From Gemmatimonadota bacterium (GTDB taxonomy: Bacteria > Gemmatimonadota > Gemmatimonadetes > Gemmatimonadales > Gemmatimonadaceae): a stretch of DNA of 64,000 nucleotides. The DNA lies in the NCBI GenBank assembly GCA_031372565.1, contig JANMLN010000032.1, positions 1-64,000 of the forward strand. Reading direction: 5' to 3'. A program made the translations under genes and the position numbers. Below the pieces are notes generated by a model. It had not been told where the DNA came from. It did not search any database and saw nothing but the letters and a program-made list of their open reading frames with translations. Positions within the stretch are counted from its first letter, which is position 1. The number at the start of each line of letters is the position of its first letter. Positions 1 to 9,066 of this stretch are shown here, in pieces.

Positions 1-554
1 CCCCCGTGATGGTCCACGAGTGCCCCCGCCATCGCGATCAGGTTCTTCGCCTTCGCGCGATAGAACCCCGTCGACTTCACGAGGGCTTCGACATCGTCCT
101 GCCGCGCGCGCGCGAGCGCCGGTGCATCCGGATACGCCGCGAACAACGCCGGCGTCGTCATGTTCACGCGCTTGTCGGTGCACTGCGCCGAGAGGATCGT
201 GGCGCAGAGCAGCTCGAACGGCGTGCGGAAGTCGAGCTCGCAATGCGCATCCGGATACAACGCCATCAACCGACGTTGGCACTCGGCCGCATGCGCGGGC
301 AACAGGTCGCGCTTGATGCGGCGCGGCGCTGCGGTCTTCGCCATCGTCTTGGCCTTCGACGTGGTCACCGCCGATTTCGCGGCTCCCATGGCGCCACCCG
401 GTGCGCCCGGCTTGCCGGAGGCGCCGCGATGGCCGCCCGGCGCCGCGTTGGCGCGAGACCCCGGCGCGCCTGCGACGCTCGCGCGTCCGCCCACCTTGCC
501 GGGACGCCGCTGCGACAAGGGCTGCCGCGGACTGCCGTTGCCGCTACCGACCAT
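1..554 (-). CDS. nth: Endonuclease III (HhH-GPD base-excision glycosylase/AP lyase); 3' part lies outside the window
   Basis: Not in the ORF track because it runs off the edge. Manual minus-strand translation gives YPDAHCELDFRTPFELLCATILSAQCTDKRVNMTTPALF...KSTGFYRAKAKNL. In-frame ATG at 554 overlaps the polX end; alternative ATG at 389. Confidence 0.93.
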   Translation of the reverse strand, partial: MVGSGNGSPRQPLSQRRPGKVGGRASVAGAPGSRANAAPGGHRGASGKPGAPGGAMGAAKSAVTTSKAKTMAKTAAPRRIKRDLLPAHAAECQRRLMALYPDAHCELDFRTPFELLCATILSAQCTDKRVNMTTPALFAAYPDAPALARARQDDVEALVKSTGFYRAKAKNLIAMAGALVDHHG

Positions 555-2325
555 CGGACACTCCGGTCATGGGTGATACCGCGGCGACGCTCGCCGGCGT
601 ACGGCGCGGCATTGCGCGGCGCGCCCGTACCACGTCGAGGAAGGCCGGGAGCGGCAGCGCGTTGAGCACGTCACCCGCGGCGAGCCATCCCTTCCGCGCC
701 ATCGACACGCCAAGCTCGATGTTGTCGAGGCCGGCGACCGCGTGCGCATCCGGACCAATCTCGATCCGTGCGCCGTACCGCTTGGCGGCGCGCAGGACGC
801 GCCAATCGAGGTCCAGCCGGTGCGGATCCGCGTTCAATTCCATCGCCACGCCGACCGCGCCCGCCTTCTCGAGAATCTCGTCGAGGTTGATCGCGAACGG
901 CTCGCGCGTGAGGAGCAACCGACCCGTGGGATGGCCGATGATCGTCACGTGCGGATCGTCCATCGCCTTCAACACGCGATCGGTCATCTGTTGCGCACTC
1001 ATGCCGAAGCGCGAGTGCACCGACGCGATCACGTAGTCGAACGAGTCGAGCGTCGCTTCGTCGTAGTCGACGCGGCCGCAGGGCAGGATGTCCGCCTCGA
1101 CTCCCTTGAGCACGCGGAAGTCGGTGAACTGCGCATTCACCGCATCGATCTCGGCATGCTGACGGATGATCGACGCGCGATCGAGTCCGCCGGCGTAGAA
1201 CGCACTCTGCGAGTGATCGCTCACGCCCAGGTAGCTCCAGCCGCGCGCACGTGCCGCGTTCGCCAGGTCGAGGATCGTCGCTTCGCCGTCGGAGAAGTGC
1301 GAGTGGCAGTGCAGCACACCGTGGATGTCCCCGGAGCGCACCAGCTCCGGCAGCCCGTGCGCAGCGGCCGTGGTCACTTCACCCAACCCCTCGCGCAGCT
1401 CGGGCGCCACGTAATCGAGTCCGGCCATGCGATAGATCAGCGGCTCGTCCGACACGGGCACATCGCGGCCATCGGCGTCGCGGATGTGATCGCCTGCCAC
1501 GGTGTAGCCGCGCCCTGCGAGCTGCGCCTTGACCTCGCTCACGTGCGCATCGTTGCCCGTCGCCCGCCAGAGCGCGACGACGAACTCGGGCGCGGTGACG
1601 CAGAGCAGGTTGAGCGTGAAGCCGTCGGTGTAGCGGAGCGAGACGGCTCGGCCGCCACCGCCCGTGATCTCCTTCACCTGCGCACCGCGCGCAATGCTGG
1701 CCGCCACACGTGCGGGAAACGACCGGCACGAGGCGACGATGTCGAGCTCGCGCACGAGGTCGTTGCTGCGACGAAGGGTGCCCGCGAGTTCGGCGCGCTC
1801 GACTTCGGGGTGTGCGCGCACGTGCGCGAGCAGCCGCTGCGCTTCGGCCAGCGCATGCGGGAAGAGCACCGGCGATCCCTGTTCGCGCAGCGCGGCGATC
1901 CCCTGCAGCACCTGCTCGGCCATGCGCGCGCCGAAGCGCGGGAGTGCGGCCAGTCGGCCATCGCGCGCGGCTTCCTCGAGTTCCTGCACCGAGTCGACGT
2001 GGAGCCCGACGTGAATGCGATGAATGCGGCTCGGACCCAGCCCCGGAATGCGGAGCATCTCGAGCAGCCCCTCGGGAGTATCCTCGCGCAGCCGTTCGAG
2101 CAGCGCGGAGTCACCGGTGTCGATCAGGTCGCGACAGACGGCGACCACATCCGCGTGAAAGGTGCGGAGCGTCCCGGCGCGCTCGAGCTGCGCAAGATCA
2201 CCATCGGCAGCCGCCACACGACGGGCCGCGGTCGTGAACGGCTTGGCGGTCGCCGCGGACTCCCCGTGGAGGGCCAGCAGGGCGGCAACCTGTTCGAGCA
2301 CATGGGCGGCGCTGCGGGCATCCAT
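544..2325 (-). CDS. polX: DNA polymerase X family protein with C-terminal PHP domain
   Basis: HhH motifs IPGLGP and LPRFG; GTLRR; TGNDAH; PELREG; PHP motifs HCHSHFSDG, SDHS, HPTGR, GPDAH. Confidence 0.93.
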   Translation of the reverse strand: MDARSAAHVLEQVAALLALHGESAATAKPFTTAARRVAAADGDLAQLERAGTLRTFHADVVAVCRDLIDTGDSALLERLREDTPEGLLEMLRIPGLGPSRIHRIHVGLHVDSVQELEEAARDGRLAALPRFGARMAEQVLQGIAALREQGSPVLFPHALAEAQRLLAHVRAHPEVERAELAGTLRRSNDLVRELDIVASCRSFPARVAASIARGAQVKEITGGGGRAVSLRYTDGFTLNLLCVTAPEFVVALWRATGNDAHVSEVKAQLAGRGYTVAGDHIRDADGRDVPVSDEPLIYRMAGLDYVAPELREGLGEVTTAAAHGLPELVRSGDIHGVLHCHSHFSDGEATILDLANAARARGWSYLGVSDHSQSAFYAGGLDRASIIRQHAEIDAVNAQFTDFRVLKGVEADILPCGRVDYDEATLDSFDYVIASVHSRFGMSAQQMTDRVLKAMDDPHVTIIGHPTGRLLLTREPFAINLDEILEKAGAVGVAMELNADPHRLDLDWRVLRAAKRYGARIEIGPDAHAVAGLDNIELGVSMARKGWLAAGDVLNALPLPAFLDVVRARRAMPRRTPASVAAVSPMTGVSDGR

Positions 2326-2332
2326 GTAGGGA

Positions 2333-2338
2333 AATATA
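2333..2338 (-). promoter_or_regulatory. Putative -10 box (TATATT) 7 nt upstream of the polX ATG, leaderless-type
   Basis: Minus strand reads gtgTATATTtccctacATG; no Shine-Dalgarno. Confidence 0.55.
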
Positions 2339-2391
2339 CACCCGGCCAGCTGTCCAAACGCCTCAGCGACGGCGCTGCGCGGGGGGCGCTG

Positions 2392-3243
2392 TCACGGATT
2401 GCACCGGTCGCACTCGCCGGGCGGGACGGTCTGCGGCCCGGCGCGGGGGCGCTCCTCGCGATGGCCGCAGCCCACGCAGCCGAGCAGGTCCGCACGGATC
2501 CGGCGCGACAGCGTGCCGCACACCGCGCACGGGATGCCCGCCACCGCATCCACGGCGACGAAGCCGGGGCGCGCGCACTGCGGACAGCGGCTGTGTGCGG
2601 CACGACACAGGTCGCGCGTGGCGCGTTCGATGCTCGCCATGCGCGTGGGGTTCAGGTGCGCGCGCATGTCGGTCTCGAGCCAGGCGTGGCCGTGCGTGTC
2701 GAGCAGCGGCCTCAGGTATCGCTCGAGCGCGCCGACATCGGTGACCCCCTTGTGGAGCGCCACGCTCGCATCGGCGTCCTCGCCGAGTGCGCCCATGATC
2801 ACCAGCGCGTGCGAGGGAAACCGCGCTTGGTCGGCAAAGGTGCGCGCCTCGTCGAGCGACGCAACCAGCCGCGCGGCAAAGTTGGTCTCGAACGTGAGGT
2901 CGCTGCCCCACAGTTCCAGCTCACCCGTGCGATCGGTGAGCAGCACCAATTCGGCACCCGCCGCCACGAACGGCAGGTGCGGATGGGGGCCGAAGCTTCC
3001 CTCGCTCGCCAGGGCGAAATCGGCATCGGGGCGCGCGGCGAGCGCCGCACGCGCCTTCTGATGCGCGGCATCGCGCGCATGGCCGACGCGCGGCCGTTCA
3101 CGCGTGAAGGTGCCGAAGGCATCGGTGTCGAGCGCTGCGACATCCGCGGAGAGGCCGAGCTCCGCGTGCAACAGCGGGGCGATCACGCGCTCTTTGCCGT
3201 GCATCGTAGCGACGACGGCCACACGCCCGTGAAAGAGGTCCAT
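2392..3243 (-). CDS. DUF6671-like protein with Cys-rich C-terminal zinc-ribbon region
   Basis: ATMHGKERVIAP, DTDAFGTF, ASEGSFGPHP, ETDMRAHLNPTRM; four CxxC pairs ending CDRCNP. Start trimmed to ATG 3243. Confidence 0.75.
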   Translation of the reverse strand: MDLFHGRVAVVATMHGKERVIAPLLHAELGLSADVAALDTDAFGTFTRERPRVGHARDAAHQKARAALAARPDADFALASEGSFGPHPHLPFVAAGAELVLLTDRTGELELWGSDLTFETNFAARLVASLDEARTFADQARFPSHALVIMGALGEDADASVALHKGVTDVGALERYLRPLLDTHGHAWLETDMRAHLNPTRMASIERATRDLCRAAHSRCPQCARPGFVAVDAVAGIPCAVCGTLSRRIRADLLGCVGCGHREERPRAGPQTVPPGECDRCNP

Positions 3244-3527
3244 GCAGCAAAGTTGGCGTGCGCTCTCCCGCCGGAACAGAAGAGGTGGATGCGCCGCCGT
3301 CGGCTCGGCGTCGTTGACCTTCGCCAGTTCATGCCTCGCGTGGCGGTTCGCGCGCGGAGCGGTGCGGCGGTCCGAGGCGCGCACCAGATGGGCGGATATT
3401 ACGCGGAGCTGGCGGCTCGACACCCAAGGAGCGCTGACCTCAGGCAGTGGGTCATGGCGTGATTGCCCGCGGGATGATAGATGTTAAGCTCATGTCCAAT
3501 AAGGATTTAGATGTCAGTGTGTAGTAA

Positions 3528-3556
3528 TTGACCATAGACAACGACCATGGTATGTT
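3528..3556 (+). promoter_or_regulatory. Sigma-70-type promoter of the toxin-antitoxin operon with overlapping repeat operator
   Basis: TTGACC (3528-3533), 17-nt spacer, TGn-TATGTT (3551-3556). GACCAT direct repeat at 3530 and 3543; palindrome ACCATGGT at 3544-3551. Confidence 0.7.
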
Positions 3557-3561
3557 TCTCG

Positions 3562-3816
3562 ATGGCGAAAAGAGAAGTCGAATCCATCGCGATCTCCGAG
3601 TTCAAGGCGACCTGCCTCGCCGTGCTCGAGCGCGTGCGCCGCACCGGCACGTCGGTGCTCGTGACGCGTCGGGGCGTGCCGGTGGCCGAGATCAACCCGC
3701 CGTCGCCCGCCTCGGTCGACAGTGACTGGATGGGCTCCATGCGCACGACCGCCACGATCGTCGGGGATCTCGTCGCGCCGATCGCGGCTGACGACTGGGA
3801 GGCACTCGCACCGTGA
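3562..3816 (+). CDS. Phd/YefM-family type II antitoxin
   Basis: IAISEFKATCLAVLERV...VLVTRRGVPVAEI; GTGA overlap with the PIN gene. Alternative start 3547. Confidence 0.9.
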   Translation: MAKREVESIAISEFKATCLAVLERVRRTGTSVLVTRRGVPVAEINPPSPASVDSDWMGSMRTTATIVGDLVAPIAADDWEALAP

Positions 3817-4208
3817 AGCTCCTCCTCGACACGCACATCTGGCTCTGGGCCCTCCTCGATCCGGAACGGCTCTCGGCCAACGTGCGTGACGCGCTCCAGT
3901 CGGGTGAGAACGAGCTCTGGCTGTCGCCGGTCAGCGTGTGGGAAGCCACCCTGCTCGCCGAGCGTGGCCGGGTGCGGGTCACGTCCGATGCGCAGACGTG
4001 GGTGCGGCAGCTGCTCGACGCGATGCCGCGGCGCGAGGCACCGCTCACGCATGACGTCGCGATCATGAGTCGGCAGCTGACGCTCCCGCATCAGGATCCG
4101 GCCGACCGGTTTCTGGCCGCGACGGCGCGCGTGATGGGGCTGACGCTGGTGACGGCGGACGAGCGGCTGCTCACGACCACGGAGTACGACGTGATGGCGA
4201 ACCGATGA
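3813..4208 (+). CDS. vapC: VapC-family PIN-domain toxin
   Basis: LLLDTHIWLW, SVWE, HQDPADRFL, LVTAD: PIN acidic residues present; 131 aa. Confidence 0.92.
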   Translation: MKLLLDTHIWLWALLDPERLSANVRDALQSGENELWLSPVSVWEATLLAERGRVRVTSDAQTWVRQLLDAMPRREAPLTHDVAIMSRQLTLPHQDPADRFLAATARVMGLTLVTADERLLTTTEYDVMANR

Positions 4209-4254
4209 GGCGACACGCGGGCACGTCGCGCCAGCGCCGCGATCCGGAGCACCG

Positions 4255-6930
4255 ATGATCGAACGGCTTGCTCGGGCGCTCGTCGATCGCTACGCCATCC
4301 AGCGCGAGCTGGGCGCCGGCGGCATGGCCACCGTGTATCTCGCGCATGACCTCAAGCACGAGCGCGATGTCGCCATCAAGGTGCTGCACCCGGATCTGGG
4401 CGCGGCGCTCGGCGGCGAGCGCTTCCTGTCGGAGATCCGCACCACCGCGCGGCTCCAGCATCCGCACATCCTGCCGTTGCTCGACAGCGGTGAGGCCGAC
4501 GGCCTGCTCTACTACGTCATGCCGCTCGTGACCGGCGAGACGCTCCGCGCGCGGCTCGTGCGCGAGAACCAGCTGCCGATGGACGACGTGCTGCGCGTCG
4601 CCCGGGAAGCCGGCGATGCGCTGCAGTATGCGCACGAGCAAGGCGTGATCCACCGCGACATCAAGCCGGAGAACATCCTGCTGCAGAACGGCCATGCGGT
4701 CGTGGCCGATTTCGGCATCGCGCTCGCGGTGCAGTCGGCGGGTGGCCAGCGCATGACGCAGACCGGCCTCTCGCTCGGCACGCCCCAGTACATGTCGCCC
4801 GAACAGGCGATGGGGGAGAAGACGCTCGACGCGCGCTCGGACGTGTACGCGTTGGGTGCGGTGACGTACGAGATGCTGACCGGCGATCCGCCGTTCACGG
4901 GGAGCACGGTCCAGTCGATCGTCGCCAAGGTGCTCACCGAGAAGCCGACGGCGCCGAGTGCGGTGCGCGATACGGTGAGTGCGGGGATGGAGCGTGCAGT
5001 GCTCAAGGCGCTCGCCAAGCTGCCGGCCGATCGGTTTCCGAGTGCGCGCGCATTTGTGGACGCGATCGAGCGGCCGGCGGAGAGCGGTGCGACGACCGCG
5101 AGCGGCGCGCGTGCGGGTGGCGCAGGGGCCGCGAGCGCGCGCGTTGCGGCGGGCCGCTCGCGCACGGCGACCGTGGTGGCGGGCGCGTGTGCGGTGCTGG
5201 CCGTGATCGCGGTTGTCGGCTGGTGGCGTGCCGCAGCGCGCGACACTGCCGCGAGCGAGGGCCCGGTGTTCCTCACCGTCAATCTGCCGCCGAGCGTGAC
5301 GTTCAAGGAGGCGCCAGGATCGATGGCGGTTTCGGCAGATGGGCGGTCGGTGGCGGTGGTCGCTGAGGGCCCGAGTCGCGTGCCGATGATCCACGTCCGC
5401 GAGCTCGGCAACGTCTCGCCAACCCTGTTGGCGGGTACAGACGGCGCACTCTCGGTCTCCTTCTCGCCCGATGGTCGCTCGCTGGCGTTCACGACCAGCA
5501 ATGCCGTGAAGAAGGTGCCGATCGTCGGTGGACCGGTGACGGTGCTCGCGGACATGACGGGCGAGGAAACCGGGATCTCGTGGGGATCGGCGGGACTCAT
5601 CTTCGTTGGCGCGCGGGGTCGGTTGGCGGTGGTGCCGGAGAATGGCGGCGCCCTGCGGGAACTCGCGGGCAGCACGACCACCGCCGGCCAGAGTGAGCGC
5701 TACCCGATCGCGTTGCCCGATGGCAAGAGCGTGCTCTACACGACGTGGGGAGGGACGGTCGCGACCACCCACATCATGCGCCGCACGATCGACGAGGCCC
5801 CGGCGCAGCCCATCGGGCTCGATTCCAACGCCGCGTTGGGCATCGCCGGCGGATGGCTCGTGACCGGTGGGCAAGGCGGCGTGGTACGCGTGGCGCCCAT
5901 GTCGAGCGACGGCAAGCAGCTCACGGGTCCTGCCCGACAGGTCTTCGACGGCGTGGGGAATGCGATCCAGGTGCCGCAGGCCGCGGTGGCGGCGAACGGG
6001 ACGCTGGTCTATCAACCGGGCAACGGGCTGGCCGAGCTCGTGTCGGTGGGGCTACGCGGCGACACCACGATCCTCTCCGGGGAGCAGCGCGAATATCTGG
6101 ACGTGCGGCTTTCCCCGGACGCAAGGAAGCTGGCGACCTCCAGCACTGGCCGGAGCGGCCAGGACGTGTACATCGTGGATCTGGTCACGAAGGCCACCAC
6201 CCGAATGACCAGCGACGGTCGCAACAATTCCCGGGCCGAATGGTCCCCCGACGGATCGCGTCTCCTCTTTCGGTCGTTCCGCTCCGGTCCATCGGAGCTT
6301 TGGTGGCAGACGAGCGTCGGAGGAGGCGCCGTGGAACGGCTGCTCGGCGTGCCGTCCATGGACGTGTGGCAAGGCGTCATCTCGCCGGACGGACAGTGGC
6401 TGGCCTATCGGACGGGGACTCTCAACACGTCCGACATCTGGTACCGTCGCCTCAGCGGCGACACGACTGCGCATCCATTTGCGTCGTCGCCTGTGGTCGA
6501 CATCGAGCCACGCTTCTCACCGGATGGGCGCTTTCTGGCCTACTCGTCGAACGAATCGGGGGTGTATCACGTGTACACGCGCTCCTTTCCCGACGGCGAG
6601 CAGCGTCTCCAGATCTCGCTCGACGGCGGTAGCCAACCGGTCTGGTCGCGCGACGGCAAGGCGATCTTCTATGTCGGTGCATTGGGTGGCGTGGTCGTGC
6701 GTGCGCGCCTCTCGGCGGACGCGCCCAGACGCGTGATCGCGCGCGACACGGTGGTGCGCGGACGCCACTATCTGGTCGCCCGCAACGGACACCCGCTCTT
6801 CGACGTGATGCCCGACGGCGAACACCTCGTGCTCATCCGCCGCGTGGAGGCGTCGGTGCAGCCGGTCGTCGCGGTCGGCTGGCTCGCCGAGGCGCGGGCC
6901 CGCTACATGCGCGCGGCGGAGTCGCGGTGA
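4255..6930 (+). CDS. Hanks-type Ser/Thr kinase with TM helix and TolB-like (PD40) beta-propeller
   Basis: LGAGGMATVY, VAIK, HRDIKPEN, DFG, GTPQYMSPE; hydrophobic segment; repeated SPDG motifs. Confidence 0.95.
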   Translation: MIERLARALVDRYAIQRELGAGGMATVYLAHDLKHERDVAIKVLHPDLGAALGGERFLSEIRTTARLQHPHILPLLDSGEADGLLYYVMPLVTGETLRARLVRENQLPMDDVLRVAREAGDALQYAHEQGVIHRDIKPENILLQNGHAVVADFGIALAVQSAGGQRMTQTGLSLGTPQYMSPEQAMGEKTLDARSDVYALGAVTYEMLTGDPPFTGSTVQSIVAKVLTEKPTAPSAVRDTVSAGMERAVLKALAKLPADRFPSARAFVDAIERPAESGATTASGARAGGAGAASARVAAGRSRTATVVAGACAVLAVIAVVGWWRAAARDTAASEGPVFLTVNLPPSVTFKEAPGSMAVSADGRSVAVVAEGPSRVPMIHVRELGNVSPTLLAGTDGALSVSFSPDGRSLAFTTSNAVKKVPIVGGPVTVLADMTGEETGISWGSAGLIFVGARGRLAVVPENGGALRELAGSTTTAGQSERYPIALPDGKSVLYTTWGGTVATTHIMRRTIDEAPAQPIGLDSNAALGIAGGWLVTGGQGGVVRVAPMSSDGKQLTGPARQVFDGVGNAIQVPQAAVAANGTLVYQPGNGLAELVSVGLRGDTTILSGEQREYLDVRLSPDARKLATSSTGRSGQDVYIVDLVTKATTRMTSDGRNNSRAEWSPDGSRLLFRSFRSGPSELWWQTSVGGGAVERLLGVPSMDVWQGVISPDGQWLAYRTGTLNTSDIWYRRLSGDTTAHPFASSPVVDIEPRFSPDGRFLAYSSNESGVYHVYTRSFPDGEQRLQISLDGGSQPVWSRDGKAIFYVGALGGVVVRARLSADAPRRVIARDTVVRGRHYLVARNGHPLFDVMPDGEHLVLIRRVEASVQPVVAVGWLAEARARYMRAAESR

Positions 6931-7054
6931 TGAGGATCCCGGCGCCGCCTCGCACGTTGCGCAACGCGATTCATTGCGCGACAATCCACGTGCCGTCATC
7001 GGGCCAAAGGGTTCGCTCGCTCCACCGTGGTCGCAGCACGACAGGAGGCACCGC

Positions 7055-7921
7055 ATGAGTCATCACCGCAGTTCCGGCCGCAAGCCGCGCACGGACGAGA
7101 TCGACCGCTTCGGGCTGTCGCACCAGGGCAAGGTGCGCAAGGACAATCAGGACCACTTCCTGATGGCGTCCATCCACAAGCGGCTCGACGTGCAAGCCAC
7201 CAACCTCGACCTGGGGAGCCGCATCGAGGTCGGCGAACAGCGACTGGCGAACATTGCCATGGTGGCCGACGGCGTCGGTGGCGGTGTGGGCGGGGCGGAG
7301 GCCAGTGCGGCCGCGCTCGAGGCGGCGCTGACGTACGTGAACAACTCGATGGCGGTGTACTACGGCGCCACGTCGGATGAAGACCAGTTCACGGAGCTGT
7401 TGCAGGCGGCCGCGATGCGTGCACACGAGGCGGTGCTGGCGCGGCGCGCCGAGCGCGGCGTCCGGGGAACCATGGCAACCACGCTCACGCTCTACATCGG
7501 CGTGTGGCCCACCTACTACCTGCTGCAGGTCGGCGATTCGCGTTACTACCTGTGGCGCGACGGCAAGCTCGCACAGCTCACGCGCGACCAGACGATGGCG
7601 CAGGATCTGGTGGATGACGGTGTGCTCAGCAAGACGGCGGCGGCCCGCACGCCGCTCGCGAACATCCTCTCGAGCGCGATCGGGGCCGATACGACGGCGC
7701 CCGTCGTGACGCGTCTCGACGCTGACTGGGGCAACGTGCACCTGCTCTGTTCCGACGGCCTGACCAAGCACGTGAGCGACGAACGGATTGCCGAGGTCCT
7801 CGGCGGCATGACGAGTGCGCAGCAGGCGTGCGAGCAGCTGCTGCAGGACGCGCTGGACGGCGGCGGGACCGACAACATCACGATCATCGTCGGGCGGACA
7901 GTGATGAAGGACGAAGGGTGA
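7055..7921 (+). CDS. PP2C/PPM-family Ser/Thr phosphatase
   Basis: RKDNQD, VADGVGG, VGDSR, LCSDGL, GGTDNIT; AGGAGG RBS at 7043-7048. Confidence 0.93.
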   Translation: MSHHRSSGRKPRTDEIDRFGLSHQGKVRKDNQDHFLMASIHKRLDVQATNLDLGSRIEVGEQRLANIAMVADGVGGGVGGAEASAAALEAALTYVNNSMAVYYGATSDEDQFTELLQAAAMRAHEAVLARRAERGVRGTMATTLTLYIGVWPTYYLLQVGDSRYYLWRDGKLAQLTRDQTMAQDLVDDGVLSKTAAARTPLANILSSAIGADTTAPVVTRLDADWGNVHLLCSDGLTKHVSDERIAEVLGGMTSAQQACEQLLQDALDGGGTDNITIIVGRTVMKDEG

Positions 7922-7973
7922 CCGACACGGCTGACGCACCTTGCCGGTCCGTGACCGGCGAGCGGGGGATCCC

Positions 7974-9041
7974 GTGAGCGACGCCGTGCGTCCGCGGCTG
8001 TCGGTCATTGTCCCGGCGTTCCAGTGCACGCCGTACCTGCGCGTGACACTCGATGCCTTGCAGCGCAGCACGTTGCCGCGTGCCGCATGGGAGCTGATTG
8101 TCGTCGACGACTGCAGCACCGACGACACGGCAGACTTCGCGCGTACCATGGCGGACCTCGTGCTCACGACGACCGACGGACCGCGCGGTCCCGGGTGCGC
8201 CCGCAACATCGGTGCGCGGCATGCGCACGGTGATGTCGTGGTCTTCGTGGACGCCGACGTGGTCGTCGCGCCCGACACGCTGGCGCTGATCGACGCGCGC
8301 ATGCAGGATCGCAGCATCGGTGCCGTGTTCGGCTCGTATGACGCGTATCCCTCCGCGCCCGGTACGATATCGCAGTACCGCAATCTGCTGCACCACTATG
8401 TGCACCATGAGAATCCGGGTGAGGCCAGCACGTTCTGGGCCGGGTGCGGCGCGATTCGCAGGACGGCGTTTCTCGCCGTCGGCGGGTTCGATGAGCGTCG
8501 CTTTCCGCGTCCGCAGATCGAGGACATCGAGCTCGGATACCGGTTGCGCGCAATGGGCGAGACGATCATTCTCGATCCACACGTGCAGGGCAAGCATCTC
8601 AAGCGCTGGACGCTGCAGGGCATGATCCGAACGGATCTCCGGGAGCGTGCCATCCCGTGGATGCACCTGCTCATTGAACGACGGGAGATCCTGAGCACCG
8701 GTCCGTTGAACCTGCGCTGGCGCCAGAAGGTCCTGACCCTGTCGACCTGTCTCGCGCTGCTGCTGGTCGGTGTGGCGGCGATCATGCGTGACGCGCGATG
8801 GCTGCTGCCGGCAGGACTCCTGGCAGGGCTGACCATTCTCGGAGACTTCGCGCTCCTGGCCTGGTTCAGTCGCACGCGCGGCCTGGTGTTCGCGAGCACG
8901 GTCCTGCCGCTGCGGTGGGCGTTCTACATCATCAGTGGCATCGGCGCCGCGTGGGCGATCGCGACGCATCGATGGCGTCAGCAGCATCCGCTGCCGCTGC
9001 CGTTGCGCGAGTCCCCGCGCAGCGGAGCGGCGAAACCCTGA
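7974..9041 (+). CDS. Glycosyltransferase family 2 with C-terminal TM helices
   Basis: SVIVPAF, VVDDCSTD, ARNIG, FVDAD, IEDIELGYR; hydrophobic C-terminus. GTG start inferred. Confidence 0.9.
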   Translation: MSDAVRPRLSVIVPAFQCTPYLRVTLDALQRSTLPRAAWELIVVDDCSTDDTADFARTMADLVLTTTDGPRGPGCARNIGARHAHGDVVVFVDADVVVAPDTLALIDARMQDRSIGAVFGSYDAYPSAPGTISQYRNLLHHYVHHENPGEASTFWAGCGAIRRTAFLAVGGFDERRFPRPQIEDIELGYRLRAMGETIILDPHVQGKHLKRWTLQGMIRTDLRERAIPWMHLLIERREILSTGPLNLRWRQKVLTLSTCLALLLVGVAAIMRDARWLLPAGLLAGLTILGDFALLAWFSRTRGLVFASTVLPLRWAFYIISGIGAAWAIATHRWRQQHPLPLPLRESPRSGAAKP

Positions 9042-9066
9042 GATCGCCGTCGCGCCGGCGCCACGC

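Noticed and set aside
742..3462. 906-aa plus-strand ORF and similar long antisense ORFs (for example 20474-23026, 29630-32167, 33827-35962, 44935-47208, 49785-51806)
   Set aside because: Arg/Ala-rich shadow frames overlapping clear genes, with no motifs; expected at this GC content.
3430..4254. TA module as part of a mobile element or prophage
   Set aside because: No integrase, transposase, att-like or terminal repeats seen nearby.
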